This document shows, one piece after another, positions 37,739 to 47,088 of a stretch of 58,050 bases of DNA. Source of the stretch: a virus (lineage: Duplodnaviria > Caudoviricetes); IMG/VR virus record IMGVR_UViG_3300035670_000246, positions 1 to 58,050 of that record; one strand, given 5' to 3'. A program made the translations under genes and the position numbers. Position 1 is the stretch's first letter; each line of letters starts with the position of its first letter. A model generated the notes under the pieces. It was not told where the DNA came from and ran no database searches. It was given only the letters and a program-made list of their open reading frames with translations.

Positions 37739-38947
37739 ATGTTCCTGCGCCATCTCCCCTTGTTCAACGAAGCCCCTGCCGCCGAAGCCGCCCCGGTCCT
37801 GACCGACCATGGTGGTGACGCCGAGGTGCCCGGCGAGTCCAGTTTTTTCGACAAGCTGCGTCAAGCCGACGATCATCCTGACAACGTCGCCCGCAAACAA
37901 CAGGAAGCTCCGAAACCCGAGGTCAAGCCCTTGGAGAAAAAGGCCGATCCTGCGCAGAAGCCCGAGCCCAAGAAAGCCGCCGACAAGTTGGGCTCCGTTG
38001 AGGAAGAGGTCGTGGAGGAAGAAAAACCTGCGGACGAAGAGCCCCCGCCCGAGGGTACCAACGAGAAGGGCCTGAGCCGGTGGAAGCAGCTCAAGGCCAA
38101 AGAGAAGGTGGCTGACGAACTGACCAAGAAGGTCGAGGCCATGACCAAGGAGATGGAGGAGCTGCGCAAGTCTCCGGTGTCCAAGGAGGTTCAGGAAAAA
38201 CTTGAGGAACTCCAGAAATTCCGTGACATCCACGATGTCAAGCGGTCCAAGGAATACCAGGAAAGTGTGATTGCTCCGTTGGCAAAGGCCGAGAAGGGCA
38301 TCGAGGAAGTCTGCGGCGAATTCAAGATCGACATGGACAAGATGCTCCACGCCATGTCCGAAGTCAGCGAGTGGAAGCGATCCATCGCCATCGACAAGCT
38401 GGTGGAGGAAGCCGACGACGCGCCTGCGGCCATCAAGGCCAGCCTCTACAAGATGGCTGACCAGCTTCACGTTGCGTGGCAGAAAGGCGCGGAGATCGAG
38501 TCCAAGGCCAGCGAGTTGCGTGCAGCCCAAGAAGCCCTTGCCAACCAGGGGAACGAAAAACAGACCTACGAGCAGCAGCAGGCGTGGCAGAAAGCCCTGG
38601 CCGCAAGCAAGTCCTTGGTCGAGACCAAACTGGCTCCTGTGCTCAAAGGGATGACTGAAGACGAGCGCAAAGAGTTCACCTCGTCCATCGAGAACGCCAC
38701 CATCAGCGACGACCCGGAAGAACGGGCTTTGCAGGCGCAGTCACCTCAGGTGGCTGCCGTGTTGATCCGCCGTCTCAACAACCTGACCAAGGAGTTTAAC
38801 GCGCTCAAGAAGGAACGCGACACCCTGATCGCTGCGCGTCCCGGTGCCCGCGAGCGGCAAACGGACGACGGTGATCCGAATGTGCCTTCGTCCGACGAGG
38901 ATTTCATGGCCCGCGTTCGACAGGCTGACGACTACATGCGCCGATAA
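37739..38947 (+). CDS. Capsid scaffolding protein
   Basis: Glu/Lys-rich helical protein upstream of the major capsid gene. Confidence 0.7.
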   Translation: MFLRHLPLFNEAPAAEAAPVLTDHGGDAEVPGESSFFDKLRQADDHPDNVARKQQEAPKPEVKPLEKKADPAQKPEPKKAADKLGSVEEEVVEEEKPADEEPPPEGTNEKGLSRWKQLKAKEKVADELTKKVEAMTKEMEELRKSPVSKEVQEKLEELQKFRDIHDVKRSKEYQESVIAPLAKAEKGIEEVCGEFKIDMDKMLHAMSEVSEWKRSIAIDKLVEEADDAPAAIKASLYKMADQLHVAWQKGAEIESKASELRAAQEALANQGNEKQTYEQQQAWQKALAASKSLVETKLAPVLKGMTEDERKEFTSSIENATISDDPEERALQAQSPQVAAVLIRRLNNLTKEFNALKKERDTLIAARPGARERQTDDGDPNVPSSDEDFMARVRQADDYMRR

Positions 38948-39155
38948 CAACCAAGCTAAGCTATCGGGCGTTTTGAAGTGTTCCCGGGCTGGAAAGTTGC
39001 GCCTGCCGGGTCAGGTCGTCGTATGATCCTCTCGAAAGAGGCCCGCACTCTCCAGTCGCGGGATATGTCACTGCCAATCAACGCCCATGGCGGGCACTGC
39101 GTGGAAACAAACGCATACCCCACCTTCCAGGCATCGTCAACCATAAAACAGCACG

Positions 39156-39184
39156 TTGACATTATTTCCGTCGCTATATAAACT
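39156..39184 (+). promoter_or_regulatory. Strong sigma70-type promoter for the capsid gene
   Basis: TTGACA-17 bp-TAAACT. Confidence 0.8.
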
Positions 39185-39189
39185 TCGCA

Positions 39190-39394
39190 CCGAGTTGAAA
39201 TACCGTGTTTTCCGGGCTGCCTGCTCACCAGCGATGAAAGCGTCAACGAGTTAAAAGGAACCCGCGAGGGTTTGGTCGGCTGCTCACCGGTCGTGTTAGA
39301 GGCCTCATCCGTGAGGCATTCTCTTGTCACGCCCGAAATCAAAGCTCCGGCCCGTGGCGAGAGGTTTAACCCACCTACCTCCTTCCACATCATC
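39190..39394 (+). ncRNA. Candidate structured 5' leader of the capsid mRNA
   Basis: Hairpins AACCC-GCGA-GGGTT and GCCTCA-TCCG-TGAGGC; two stems displaying CTGCTCA loops. Confidence 0.45.
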
Positions 39395-40567
39395 ATGGCT
39401 ACCATCGGTCAAATCTTCGCGTCTGACGCCTCTCGTCTTGAGGGTCAGGTTTATCAAAAAATGCGTGCCAAGGGCCGCGTTTCCGCCCTCATGGAGAAGC
39501 AGAACTTCCCTGACGGCATCGGCTACAACCCGTCCACCGTATCCACCCTGCGCTCCGGCATCGTCGGCGGCAGCGGCTGGACTCAAGTGCAGTCCCCGGA
39601 CACCCCGGTCAACAACTGTCAGCTCACCCCCGGCGTCATCACCCCGGCCCGCCTGATCCAGAACTACAGTGTGGAGCAAAACCAAATCAAGTCGAGCGAC
39701 ATCTGCTTGACGGACGGTCGCTTCTCCTACGAGTGGGAGCAGCAGGTCACCCAGACCAAACAGAACTTCGTCGGCAACGTCGTCGATCTGTGGGAGGACC
39801 GCTCCAAATACTGGTTCCAGTACTGGGTCAACAAGGTGGTGTTCAACAGCTCCGCCACGGTGACCACCGGCACCAGCTTCACCAACACCCCGGCGACCTA
39901 CATCGCCAGCCAGAGCATCCTCAACCGCCTCTACAACCGCATCATGCAGGACGGCGGCGGCGAGGAGCCCTATGCCATGTCCAATGGCGCGGCCCTGCTC
40001 ACGTTGATCTGCTCGGCCGAGGCCAGCCAGAACATCATCCAGAACGACGCTGGCGTCCGTCAGGACGTTCGCTACGCCCAGATGGGCAAGGATGGCGGTG
40101 CCTACCTGATGCAGTCCTGGGGCATTGACCGTGCCTACGGTGGCTACATGCACTGCATCGACTATCGTATGCCCCGCTACAACTTCACGGGCGGTGCCTA
40201 CGTCGAGGTGCCTTACTACACCACGGCATCCAGCTCCATCGGCGGCAACCAGCAGATCGTCAACCCTGACTACGAAGCTGCTCAGTACGAGGTGATGTAC
40301 ATCTGGAACCCGAAAGCTGTCATCCGGCAGACTCCGCGTCCAAAATCTTCCCTCGGTGCTGGCACCAGCTTCAAGGCCGTCAACTACAACGGCGACGTGA
40401 TCTGGGCCAACATCCCGAACGTGGACAACAACCTGTTCGGCAACATCGGCGTCTATGCCGCCGACCTGATGGCCGCCTGGAAGCCCACGGTCAACGCGCA
40501 GTATGGCTACGCCATCATGGTGTTGCGCTGCCCGGCCGTTGTCGGCAACACCTGCCCGAGCTACTAA
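39395..40567 (+). CDS. Major capsid protein
   Basis: 390 aa from ATG 39395, strong codon bias, follows the scaffold, has its own promoter and a downstream hairpin. Confidence 0.8.
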   Translation: MATIGQIFASDASRLEGQVYQKMRAKGRVSALMEKQNFPDGIGYNPSTVSTLRSGIVGGSGWTQVQSPDTPVNNCQLTPGVITPARLIQNYSVEQNQIKSSDICLTDGRFSYEWEQQVTQTKQNFVGNVVDLWEDRSKYWFQYWVNKVVFNSSATVTTGTSFTNTPATYIASQSILNRLYNRIMQDGGGEEPYAMSNGAALLTLICSAEASQNIIQNDAGVRQDVRYAQMGKDGGAYLMQSWGIDRAYGGYMHCIDYRMPRYNFTGGAYVEVPYYTTASSSIGGNQQIVNPDYEAAQYEVMYIWNPKAVIRQTPRPKSSLGAGTSFKAVNYNGDVIWANIPNVDNNLFGNIGVYAADLMAAWKPTVNAQYGYAIMVLRCPAVVGNTCPSY

Positions 40568-40586
40568 TCGTCCTCGGTTGTTCATC

Positions 40587-40619
40587 GGCGTGCCCGTGGC
40601 CTGAAAACCCGGGCACGCC
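40587..40619 (+). terminator. Hairpin after the capsid gene
   Basis: GGCGTGCCCG / CGGGCACGCC 10-bp stem; weak U-tract. Confidence 0.6.
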
Positions 40620-40650
40620 TTCAACACGTAAACTCTGACCAAGCACGTTC

Positions 40651-40983
40651 ATGAAAATGCTTCCCGACATGGAAGAGGAAGAAACCGAGATGGAGATGCC
40701 GGAAAAATCTGGTGCTCCCAAAGTCGAGGTCGAAGTGGAGAAGGAAGTCTCCGCAGCCCCCGACATGAGCATCCCTCTGCCCGAGGGTTTCCCGATGCCT
40801 CCCAACGTCCGGGACGGTGAGACTTTCGAGGTGATCGCCAAGGCCAAAGTCAAAGATGGCCGCCTGATGTTCGAGTCCTTTGATGGGCAGGCTGCGGCCC
40901 CCGGCGAAGAAACCGAGGCCGACAGCTACGAGGCGTCTGAAAACGCCTTGCGCGAGGCCATGAAGACGGAGGGATACCGATGA
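40651..40983 (+). CDS. Acidic hypothetical protein
   Basis: 110-aa Glu-rich ORF. Confidence 0.65.
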   Translation: MKMLPDMEEEETEMEMPEKSGAPKVEVEVEKEVSAAPDMSIPLPEGFPMPPNVRDGETFEVIAKAKVKDGRLMFESFDGQAAAPGEETEADSYEASENALREAMKTEGYR

Positions 40984-41120
40984 CCTTCACGCCGGTCATT
41001 CCCTTCTCGGAGTCTGCCGCCCAACGGGCCGAAGAAGCCCTGGGCGGCCAGCCCATTGCTGGTGACGACTCCAACGTCCTGAAGCAAATCCTCGTGCTCG
41101 CAGCCAACCTCATCTCCTGA
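40980..41120 (+). CDS. Small hypothetical protein (46 aa, not in ORF track)
   Basis: ATGA-coupled MTFTPVIPFSESAAQRAEEALGGQPIAGDDSNVLKQILVLAANLIS*. Confidence 0.6.
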   Translation: MTFTPVIPFSESAAQRAEEALGGQPIAGDDSNVLKQILVLAANLIS

Positions 41121-41121
41121 C

Positions 41122-42006
41122 ATGTCCCAGATCGCCTCTGACGCCAAAATCCAGTCCGCCATGACCAAGCTGGGCATGACTGCCCCGCTGACGAACATGG
41201 ATGACTCCCAGGTGCTCAAGGCGATCCTGGTCGCTCTTGGTAACGTGACTGGGGGCTCAGGCAGCGTCGATTGGGGCAGCATCGGCGGCACGTTGAGTAA
41301 CCAGACAGACCTGGCTGCGGCACTGGCTGCAAAGCTTGACCTAGCTGGCGGCACAATGACCGGGGCGCTGGTGAATTCTACCAACGGCGCGGCCTCGACA
41401 CCGGCCTTGAAATTGACAGGTAGTTTGTTCAGCGGCGGCACTGGAACGACCACGATGCCGCAGTTTTTGGTCCAGCCTACCGGTGCCACTGCTGCAACCA
41501 ACTGGAACACCAACGGGTCAGCCGTGGGGTGGAACCTTAACGCGGTTGGCAGCTACCCGAACTATCCCAGCGTGTGGGCAGCAAGGGCAGCTGGAAATTT
41601 CGTCGCAGAACTGACGACGGACGGAACACTGACGGCAGCAAGTGGCATAGCTTTTAACAACTCTGCTAGAGACGTTGCCATCGACAATGGATTTGCTCGC
41701 CACAGCAGCGGCAATGGGGTTAATTTTAAAGCCGGTGGGAGTTACCCAGTGACCCTTTTGGCAGATGGTCTGAGATGTGACTCGGCGTCGCAATTGTCGT
41801 TCACGGACGGCACCTCTTACAACGGCACCCGTGACGTGGGTGTGGCTCGTGGTTCTGCCGGTTACATCAAGATCACGGACGGCACCACTGGTGTCGGGAC
41901 GCTGCAATTCGGCGTTCATTCCGCGCTCGGGGCCGAAACGGTCACCGGATACATCACCGTGAAGGATGGGGCCGGAACGACCCGCAAACTCGCCGTCATC
42001 TCCTGA
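41122..42006 (+). CDS. Tail/head fibre protein
   Basis: WGSIGGTLSNQTDL and AGGTMTGAL fibre motifs; Gly/Thr-rich. Confidence 0.75.
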   Translation: MSQIASDAKIQSAMTKLGMTAPLTNMDDSQVLKAILVALGNVTGGSGSVDWGSIGGTLSNQTDLAAALAAKLDLAGGTMTGALVNSTNGAASTPALKLTGSLFSGGTGTTTMPQFLVQPTGATAATNWNTNGSAVGWNLNAVGSYPNYPSVWAARAAGNFVAELTTDGTLTAASGIAFNNSARDVAIDNGFARHSSGNGVNFKAGGSYPVTLLADGLRCDSASQLSFTDGTSYNGTRDVGVARGSAGYIKITDGTTGVGTLQFGVHSALGAETVTGYITVKDGAGTTRKLAVIS

Positions 42007-42008
42007 CC

Positions 42009-42278
42009 ATGAACACCACCCTTACCATCCCTGACGACACCTCTGAAGCGTGGCAATACCGCTTGAACCAGTTCAACGCGGGTTCGGGCCAGCCTCCCGT
42101 TGATTTGACGCAGTTCCTTCAGCTTCAGTTGGACGATCAAACTGCGTCCAACGTCGCGGCTTACAACGCGTATAACCTGCGAAATTTGACCGCTCTTGGC
42201 GAGAAATATCTCGCTGCCCCCGATAGCGTGAAACAGCAAGTTGACGAAGCGCTGGAGCCTTATAGCCTTGACGCATGA
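42009..42278 (+). CDS. Hypothetical protein (fibre-associated)
   Basis: Small ORF directly after the fibre gene. Confidence 0.6.
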   Translation: MNTTLTIPDDTSEAWQYRLNQFNAGSGQPPVDLTQFLQLQLDDQTASNVAAYNAYNLRNLTALGEKYLAAPDSVKQQVDEALEPYSLDA

Positions 42279-42571
42279 GCCACACCCTCAAAGTCACCAA
42301 CGGGAGCAGCATCCTCCTCAGTAACATTGTTGTCATCCCCGACACTTTCAAATCTCCTTCCGAGGTCTTGCGAGCGGCTGAGTTTTTGAAAAGCCTGGAC
42401 GCGCCCCTTTACAAGGACGACGCCAAATGGCTTGATGAAGGTGAGCGGGAAATCCTGTTACCTGAGAAAACCCGGGACTTGCTCAAGCGTGTCATCGAAC
42501 AGCACGCCAACAAACTTGCCCCCAGCAAGTACGCCATAGATATTCTGACCCAGCTAGGTTTCGAGATGTGA
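42275..42571 (+). CDS. Hypothetical protein
   Basis: ATGA-coupled ORF. Confidence 0.6.
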   Translation: MSHTLKVTNGSSILLSNIVVIPDTFKSPSEVLRAAEFLKSLDAPLYKDDAKWLDEGEREILLPEKTRDLLKRVIEQHANKLAPSKYAIDILTQLGFEM

Positions 42572-42996
42572 TGAAACTGCCCATCGACCAGATCGAACTG
42601 CCTTTCAATGTCGTGCTGGCGATTGTTAGCAGCACTGGGGCACTCCTTCTGGCTGGATGGCAGTTTGTCGGCAGCATGCTTGCCCAGATGCCGACGCCCG
42701 ACCAAGTCAGCGGGTGGCAGGAGCGCGACATCTATCTGTGTGCTTTGATCCTGTTCGGTGCGGCCATCGTCTGGATGGCTCGGTGGATCGCCACCAAGCT
42801 GTTCTCGCTGATACGTGAGATTCTGGAAGTCCTGAAAAAGAACACGGACTCCAATGCCTCCGTCGCCAACGCGCTGAAGAACTTCACGGACAAGGTGGAC
42901 TCGTTGGTGGTTCCCGCAGTGACCCACGCCATGAGCGAGGCGTTTTCCCCGGCCCACCCGTCCGTCCGGCGCAAGGAACCAAAGGAGAAGCCGTGA
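42568..42996 (+). CDS. Putative holin / membrane protein
   Basis: Two hydrophobic helices; upstream of the hydrolase genes. Confidence 0.55.
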   Translation: MMKLPIDQIELPFNVVLAIVSSTGALLLAGWQFVGSMLAQMPTPDQVSGWQERDIYLCALILFGAAIVWMARWIATKLFSLIREILEVLKKNTDSNASVANALKNFTDKVDSLVVPAVTHAMSEAFSPAHPSVRRKEPKEKP

Positions 42997-43457
42997 ACCT
43001 GAAGCCCCGCATAGCCCTTTTCCGTGGTTCCGGCGTGGTGTCGTGGCTCATCAAGGCCCAGACCCGGTCGGAATACTCCCACGCTGCCTTCGTGCTTCCG
43101 AACACCCTTGACCGCGTGATTGAGGCCCGTGAGTTCGCAGGGGTGCAAACCCGGGTGCTGACCGAGCACGACATGCGCTCCGTCGATTACTACGCCGTCC
43201 CAGACATGAGCGACGACGAGTATGCCGAAGTCATCGAGGCTGCGTACGCTGAGTTGGGCAAGCCCTACGACTATGGGAGCGTGGCGAGGTTCCTTTCCAA
43301 ACGACCTGCGCGTGAAAACGGCAAGTGGTTTTGTTCCGAGTTCGTCCACAAACTGCTGGCCGATGGTGGTCATAGGCTGCTTAACCGTATCCCGTCAGCC
43401 GAGGTTCCCCCGGCGTGGCTGTCCTACTCCCCAAAAACCAAACTTGTAGTCCCATGA
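42993..43457 (+). CDS. Permuted papain-like (NlpC/P60, YaeF/YiiX-type) enzyme
   Basis: YSHAA before GKPYDY and WFCSEFV (His precedes Cys). Confidence 0.85.
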   Translation: MNLKPRIALFRGSGVVSWLIKAQTRSEYSHAAFVLPNTLDRVIEAREFAGVQTRVLTEHDMRSVDYYAVPDMSDDEYAEVIEAAYAELGKPYDYGSVARFLSKRPARENGKWFCSEFVHKLLADGGHRLLNRIPSAEVPPAWLSYSPKTKLVVP

Positions 43458-43951
43458 ACCTGCTCGCACCCAAAATCGTTGAAACCGCCCTCAAAGAGGT
43501 CGGCGTGGAAGAAGTCAACGGAACCAACTGCGGACCTCGCGTGAACCAGTACAAGGCCGCCACCCGGCTTGACCCGGAAGAGCCTTGGCCTTGGTGCGCG
43601 GCGTTCGTGTGCTGGGTGGTGCGCGAGGCCATGGCTACCTCAGGGATCAAGGAAACCGCGACTTTCAAGCGTCCCACAACGGCGGGGGCATGGAACCTTG
43701 AAAACTGGAGCCTTGCCCAAGACAACTCCACCCAGACAAAGAAACCTCACAAGGGTGACATCAAAGCCGGAGACATTGTGGTGTTTACTTTCAGCCATGT
43801 CGGCATCGCCGTAGGTGAGCCAGACGACGAAGGGTGGCTGAGCACCGTGGAGGGCAATACAGATTCTTCAGGCTCCCGCGAAGGTGGTGGTGTGTTTCGC
43901 AAACGGCGCAAATTGTCGTCGATCAGGAGCCGGATCAGGTTCACGGTGTGA
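43454..43951 (+). CDS. CHAP-domain endolysin
   Basis: PWCAAFVCW, GDIVVF..SHVGI, TVEGNT. Confidence 0.85.
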   Translation: MNLLAPKIVETALKEVGVEEVNGTNCGPRVNQYKAATRLDPEEPWPWCAAFVCWVVREAMATSGIKETATFKRPTTAGAWNLENWSLAQDNSTQTKKPHKGDIKAGDIVVFTFSHVGIAVGEPDDEGWLSTVEGNTDSSGSREGGGVFRKRRKLSSIRSRIRFTV

Positions 43952-44197
43952 GATGATCTGCCCCATGCACTCGGCGTAACCGGCGATGTCCACCGGGGTG
44001 TCCAGTTTGTCGCTCGTCTTGCTACGGCTCACCTTCATGAGGATCAGCATCGCCGAGACATCTTTCGCGGTGACTGTGATTCCAAGATAGGCGCTCCAGA
44101 ACGCGGCGATGCGCTCGAACGACTCCACACAGGAACCGTAGTCCTGCTGGCGGTCGCCTGCGACGATCTGTTTGGCGGTGTCAAGGATGGTGGTCAT
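43868..44197 (-). CDS. DUF6378-like (putative nucleotide diphosphatase-related) protein
   Basis: DRQQDYG..FERIA..W..LMKVSR..DIAGYA. Confidence 0.75.
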   Translation of the reverse strand: MTTILDTAKQIVAGDRQQDYGSCVESFERIAAFWSAYLGITVTAKDVSAMLILMKVSRSKTSDKLDTPVDIAGYAECMGQIISHREPDPAPDRRQFAPFAKHTTTFAGA

Positions 44198-44649
44198 GGC
44201 TCTTCTTCAAGGTTTTTGAGGAACTGGGCGCGATACACGGCTTTTTCGCCTTTGGAGAGTTTGCCGTCGCCACCGATCTCGGGGTGCATGATGTCGTTAG
44301 GATCATCCGAGTGCGGGAGGCCGAAAACATGTCCGAACTCATGCACGAGAGTGGCAAACGTGTCTTCGCCACGGCCGAGAAAGCGGTCCCAAAAGGTATC
44401 CCGACGCCAACGTAGAGACGCCTCCAAGCGTATCTGCCATTTGTCCGGACCAATGCGCTGGCATTCGGCGATGCGGGTGGGGTTGCCTTTGGACCTGACA
44501 CCCCACTGGAATGAAATGTGGATGTTGGTTTGATTGCCGGGAGCGAGCGCGATCAGGTCGCGCAGCGTGTCGTTCCAGACGGCTGCCGCCTTTTGCGCGA
44601 CGGAAGCGATTCCGGGCGGGCAGTAGTAGGTGAGGGTCTCTGGGGTCAT
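44194..44649 (-). CDS. Matrixin-like zinc metalloprotease
   Basis: HEFGHVFGLPH metzincin motif with Met-turn IMHP. Confidence 0.85.
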   Translation of the reverse strand: MTPETLTYYCPPGIASVAQKAAAVWNDTLRDLIALAPGNQTNIHISFQWGVRSKGNPTRIAECQRIGPDKWQIRLEASLRWRRDTFWDRFLGRGEDTFATLVHEFGHVFGLPHSDDPNDIMHPEIGGDGKLSKGEKAVYRAQFLKNLEEEP

Positions 44650-46040
44650 ATTTCAGGTACGTTCAGTTTGAGTTCTTTGGCGCTCTCCAGCATCATCAGC
44701 GCGGCCAGGAGACGCTGCTCGGTGTCCTTCTTGTTTTCCAACGACGTGGCGATGGCATCGTCCACGGTGCCGGGGCACATCAGACGATAAACGGTGGTGA
44801 CTTCTTTCTGCCCCCGGCGCACCAGACGGGCGATGGTCTGTTCGTAGTTCTCCCGCGACCATGGCAGGCTGGTGTACACGATGGTGTTGGAACCAAACTG
44901 GATGTTGAGGCCGTGACCGCATGATTTGGGGTGGACGACCAGCATGGGTATCTCGCGCCGGTTCCATTGGGCCAGCAGGTCAATTTGAGACTGCTGGGTT
45001 TTCGCGTCCGCGAAGAACCGTGCTTCTGGAAACAGTTTGCGAATGCGGTCCTGTTCATGCTTGAAGTTGATCGCCACCAGCACCGGACCTTTGGTGTCCT
45101 TGTAGATTTTGCGCAAGGCTTCGAGCTTCAGGTCGTGCAGGGTGTGGGCGACCTTGTCGCCGTCGTAGATCGCGCCACTGGTGAACTGGAGCAGCTTGGT
45201 GACCAGCGCGGCGGCGTTCATCGCCGTGATCTGGGCGTTACGAATCTCCATGATGAGGTCCTGCTCGAACTTGCGATACTGCGCAGCCAGGGCGTCATCC
45301 ATCTTGATCTCGACATCCTCGAACACGGGCTCGGGCACATCGGTCAGCCAGTCCTTCGAGCGCAGCACCAACGTGATGTCACTGATCTTCTGCTCGATGC
45401 GTTCCTTGGCCCCGTCGTTGGCGACCCAGTTGTACTCCATGTAGTCGGTGGCATGGAAATACGTGCGCTTGAACTGCTCAAAACTGTGTCCGAGGCGTTC
45501 GCCGTCGTCGAGGAGACGAACTTGAGCCCACAGGTCAAGCAGGCTGTTGGGGGCGGGGGTTCCCGATAGACAGTATCTTCTTTCGACGGGGGGCACCTGT
45601 TTGCGAAAAACAGCCATCCTCTTCGACTTTGCTGATTTTGCGCGGGTGCTTTCATCGAATACCACCATCTCGTAAGGCACTGTGCCCCCGCGTTTCTCCA
45701 CCAGTTTTGCAAGCAGAGGGATCGACTCGTAGTTGATCAGGTAAATGTGAGCGGCCCCGGCAAGAAAAGCCCTCTGCCCCAGAGGTGTGCGAAGATTGGA
45801 CACGCGGAGATGTTTGAACTGGTCCCACTGTTTAGCCTCAAGGTTCCAAGTCAAGTTACAGACCCGGAGCGGAGCGATCACCAGCATCGCGTTCACCTCA
45901 AGGTTGTCGTAAAGCCTGCAAAACGTGGAGAGCATGATCGCGGTCTTGCCTAACGACATGCCAAGCATAAGGAACGCAACTTTGTGATCAACCGCGTAAC
46001 TGATGGCCCGTGGCTGGGGTTCGACAGGAGAAAAAATCAC
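44646..46040 (-). CDS. SNF2-family helicase
   Basis: MSLGKT, FDES, SGTP, GHGLNIQ, QTIARLVRRGQ. Confidence 0.9.
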   Translation of the reverse strand: MIFSPVEPQPRAISYAVDHKVAFLMLGMSLGKTAIMLSTFCRLYDNLEVNAMLVIAPLRVCNLTWNLEAKQWDQFKHLRVSNLRTPLGQRAFLAGAAHIYLINYESIPLLAKLVEKRGGTVPYEMVVFDESTRAKSAKSKRMAVFRKQVPPVERRYCLSGTPAPNSLLDLWAQVRLLDDGERLGHSFEQFKRTYFHATDYMEYNWVANDGAKERIEQKISDITLVLRSKDWLTDVPEPVFEDVEIKMDDALAAQYRKFEQDLIMEIRNAQITAMNAAALVTKLLQFTSGAIYDGDKVAHTLHDLKLEALRKIYKDTKGPVLVAINFKHEQDRIRKLFPEARFFADAKTQQSQIDLLAQWNRREIPMLVVHPKSCGHGLNIQFGSNTIVYTSLPWSRENYEQTIARLVRRGQKEVTTVYRLMCPGTVDDAIATSLENKKDTEQRLLAALMMLESAKELKLNVPEI

Positions 46041-46354
46041 GGTTTTTGTTTTTGCGGAAAGTCCATACCCTTGAAGGCTTGCTCAACAGATTGTCCTCTT
46101 CTAAATCTAGCCCTCAACGCCAAGTTAGTGATCCCAAGTAACCGAGCCCACTGTGACCTTGTTTTAGTTAGCCCTTGATAGCTGATGTACACGTTGGTGT
46201 CTTTGTTATTGTCGCATCTGCACAGGATCACATGGCCGTGTCGATCCGACGACAACACTTCTAACGCGACCCACCGTCCAAATCTCATACCGGGTGAGTT
46301 TTTCCAGTTGATACGCTCGCGTTTACGCTTCAGGTTTTTGGCAGCCTTATTCAT
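46037..46354 (-). pseudogene. Internally deleted HNH endonuclease remnant
   Basis: Keeps GMRFGRW..LCRCD and ISYQG..QWARLLG ends but lacks the nuclease core seen in 2268-3011. Confidence 0.55.
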
Positions 46355-46447
46355 AGTTTCTGTATGGATGGGTTAAGAGCCGCATCGGGAGTCACGATCC
46401 CCTGCGGCTCTGTCATTGATGCGCATAAAACATCTTCCGTCAATACT

Positions 46448-46897
46448 TCAAAAAGGTTCCGTGTCCGCGTCATCATCTTCGACGGTGTGGTTGCTGATCT
46501 TGGCATCGACAAACCGTTGACGCCGTTCTTCGTTCTCCTTGCGGACATTCTCCTCACAGGTGCAGACCCGCAGGTTGCCACGGATGTAGCCGAGTTCAGT
46601 GTTCTTGCGGTCCACGTGGAGGCAGTAACGCGTGCGCCCTTTGTCGTCCATGTAGCGTGTGGAGCCGATCACATCCATGAAGTCCTCGAAGGTGATGCTG
46701 AAGGCCTTGTGCCTCTTGCGTGCGCTGGCCCGCAGGTTGTCGTAGGCGGCCTTCTCGGGGTTCTTCTGCCGCCAGAGGGCCTTGTAATGGTGCCCGCAGA
46801 GCTGGTGGCTTGTCGGGTGCGTGTCGATGTTACGCGGCGGCTTGCGGCACCAGCGCACACGGCATTTACCAGGGATGGGGGTGGTGCGGAGGTTCAT
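46448..46897 (-). CDS. HNH-like endonuclease with N-terminal Cys/His motif
   Basis: HVDRKN..GYIRGNL..C...N. Confidence 0.65.
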   Translation of the reverse strand: MNLRTTPIPGKCRVRWCRKPPRNIDTHPTSHQLCGHHYKALWRQKNPEKAAYDNLRASARKRHKAFSITFEDFMDVIGSTRYMDDKGRTRYCLHVDRKNTELGYIRGNLRVCTCEENVRKENEERRQRFVDAKISNHTVEDDDADTEPF

Positions 46898-47088
46898 ATC
46901 GCCTTTTTCCGCACTTCCAGCGGAAAGTTAAGCTCCGTGGCCCACTGGCGCAGTTTGTCCATGCCGGTTTTCACACGTTTCTCGGTGATGACAACGCCAT
47001 AGCCAGCCTTGAGCATCTCCCGGGCTTTCCTGAGTTTCTGCTGCCTCACTTCGAGGGGCACCTGTGCGAGTGATTTTTTCGAGATCAT
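46894..47088 (-). CDS. Small hypothetical protein
   Basis: ATGA-coupled at both ends. Confidence 0.55.
   Translation of the reverse strand: MISKKSLAQVPLEVRQQKLRKAREMLKAGYGVVITEKRVKTGMDKLRQWATELNFPLEVRKKAI

Noticed and set aside
39305-40642. Long antisense ORFs (also 26439-27449, 49655-51067, 53431-54774)
   Set aside because: Shadow frames of GC3-biased real genes with no recognisable motifs
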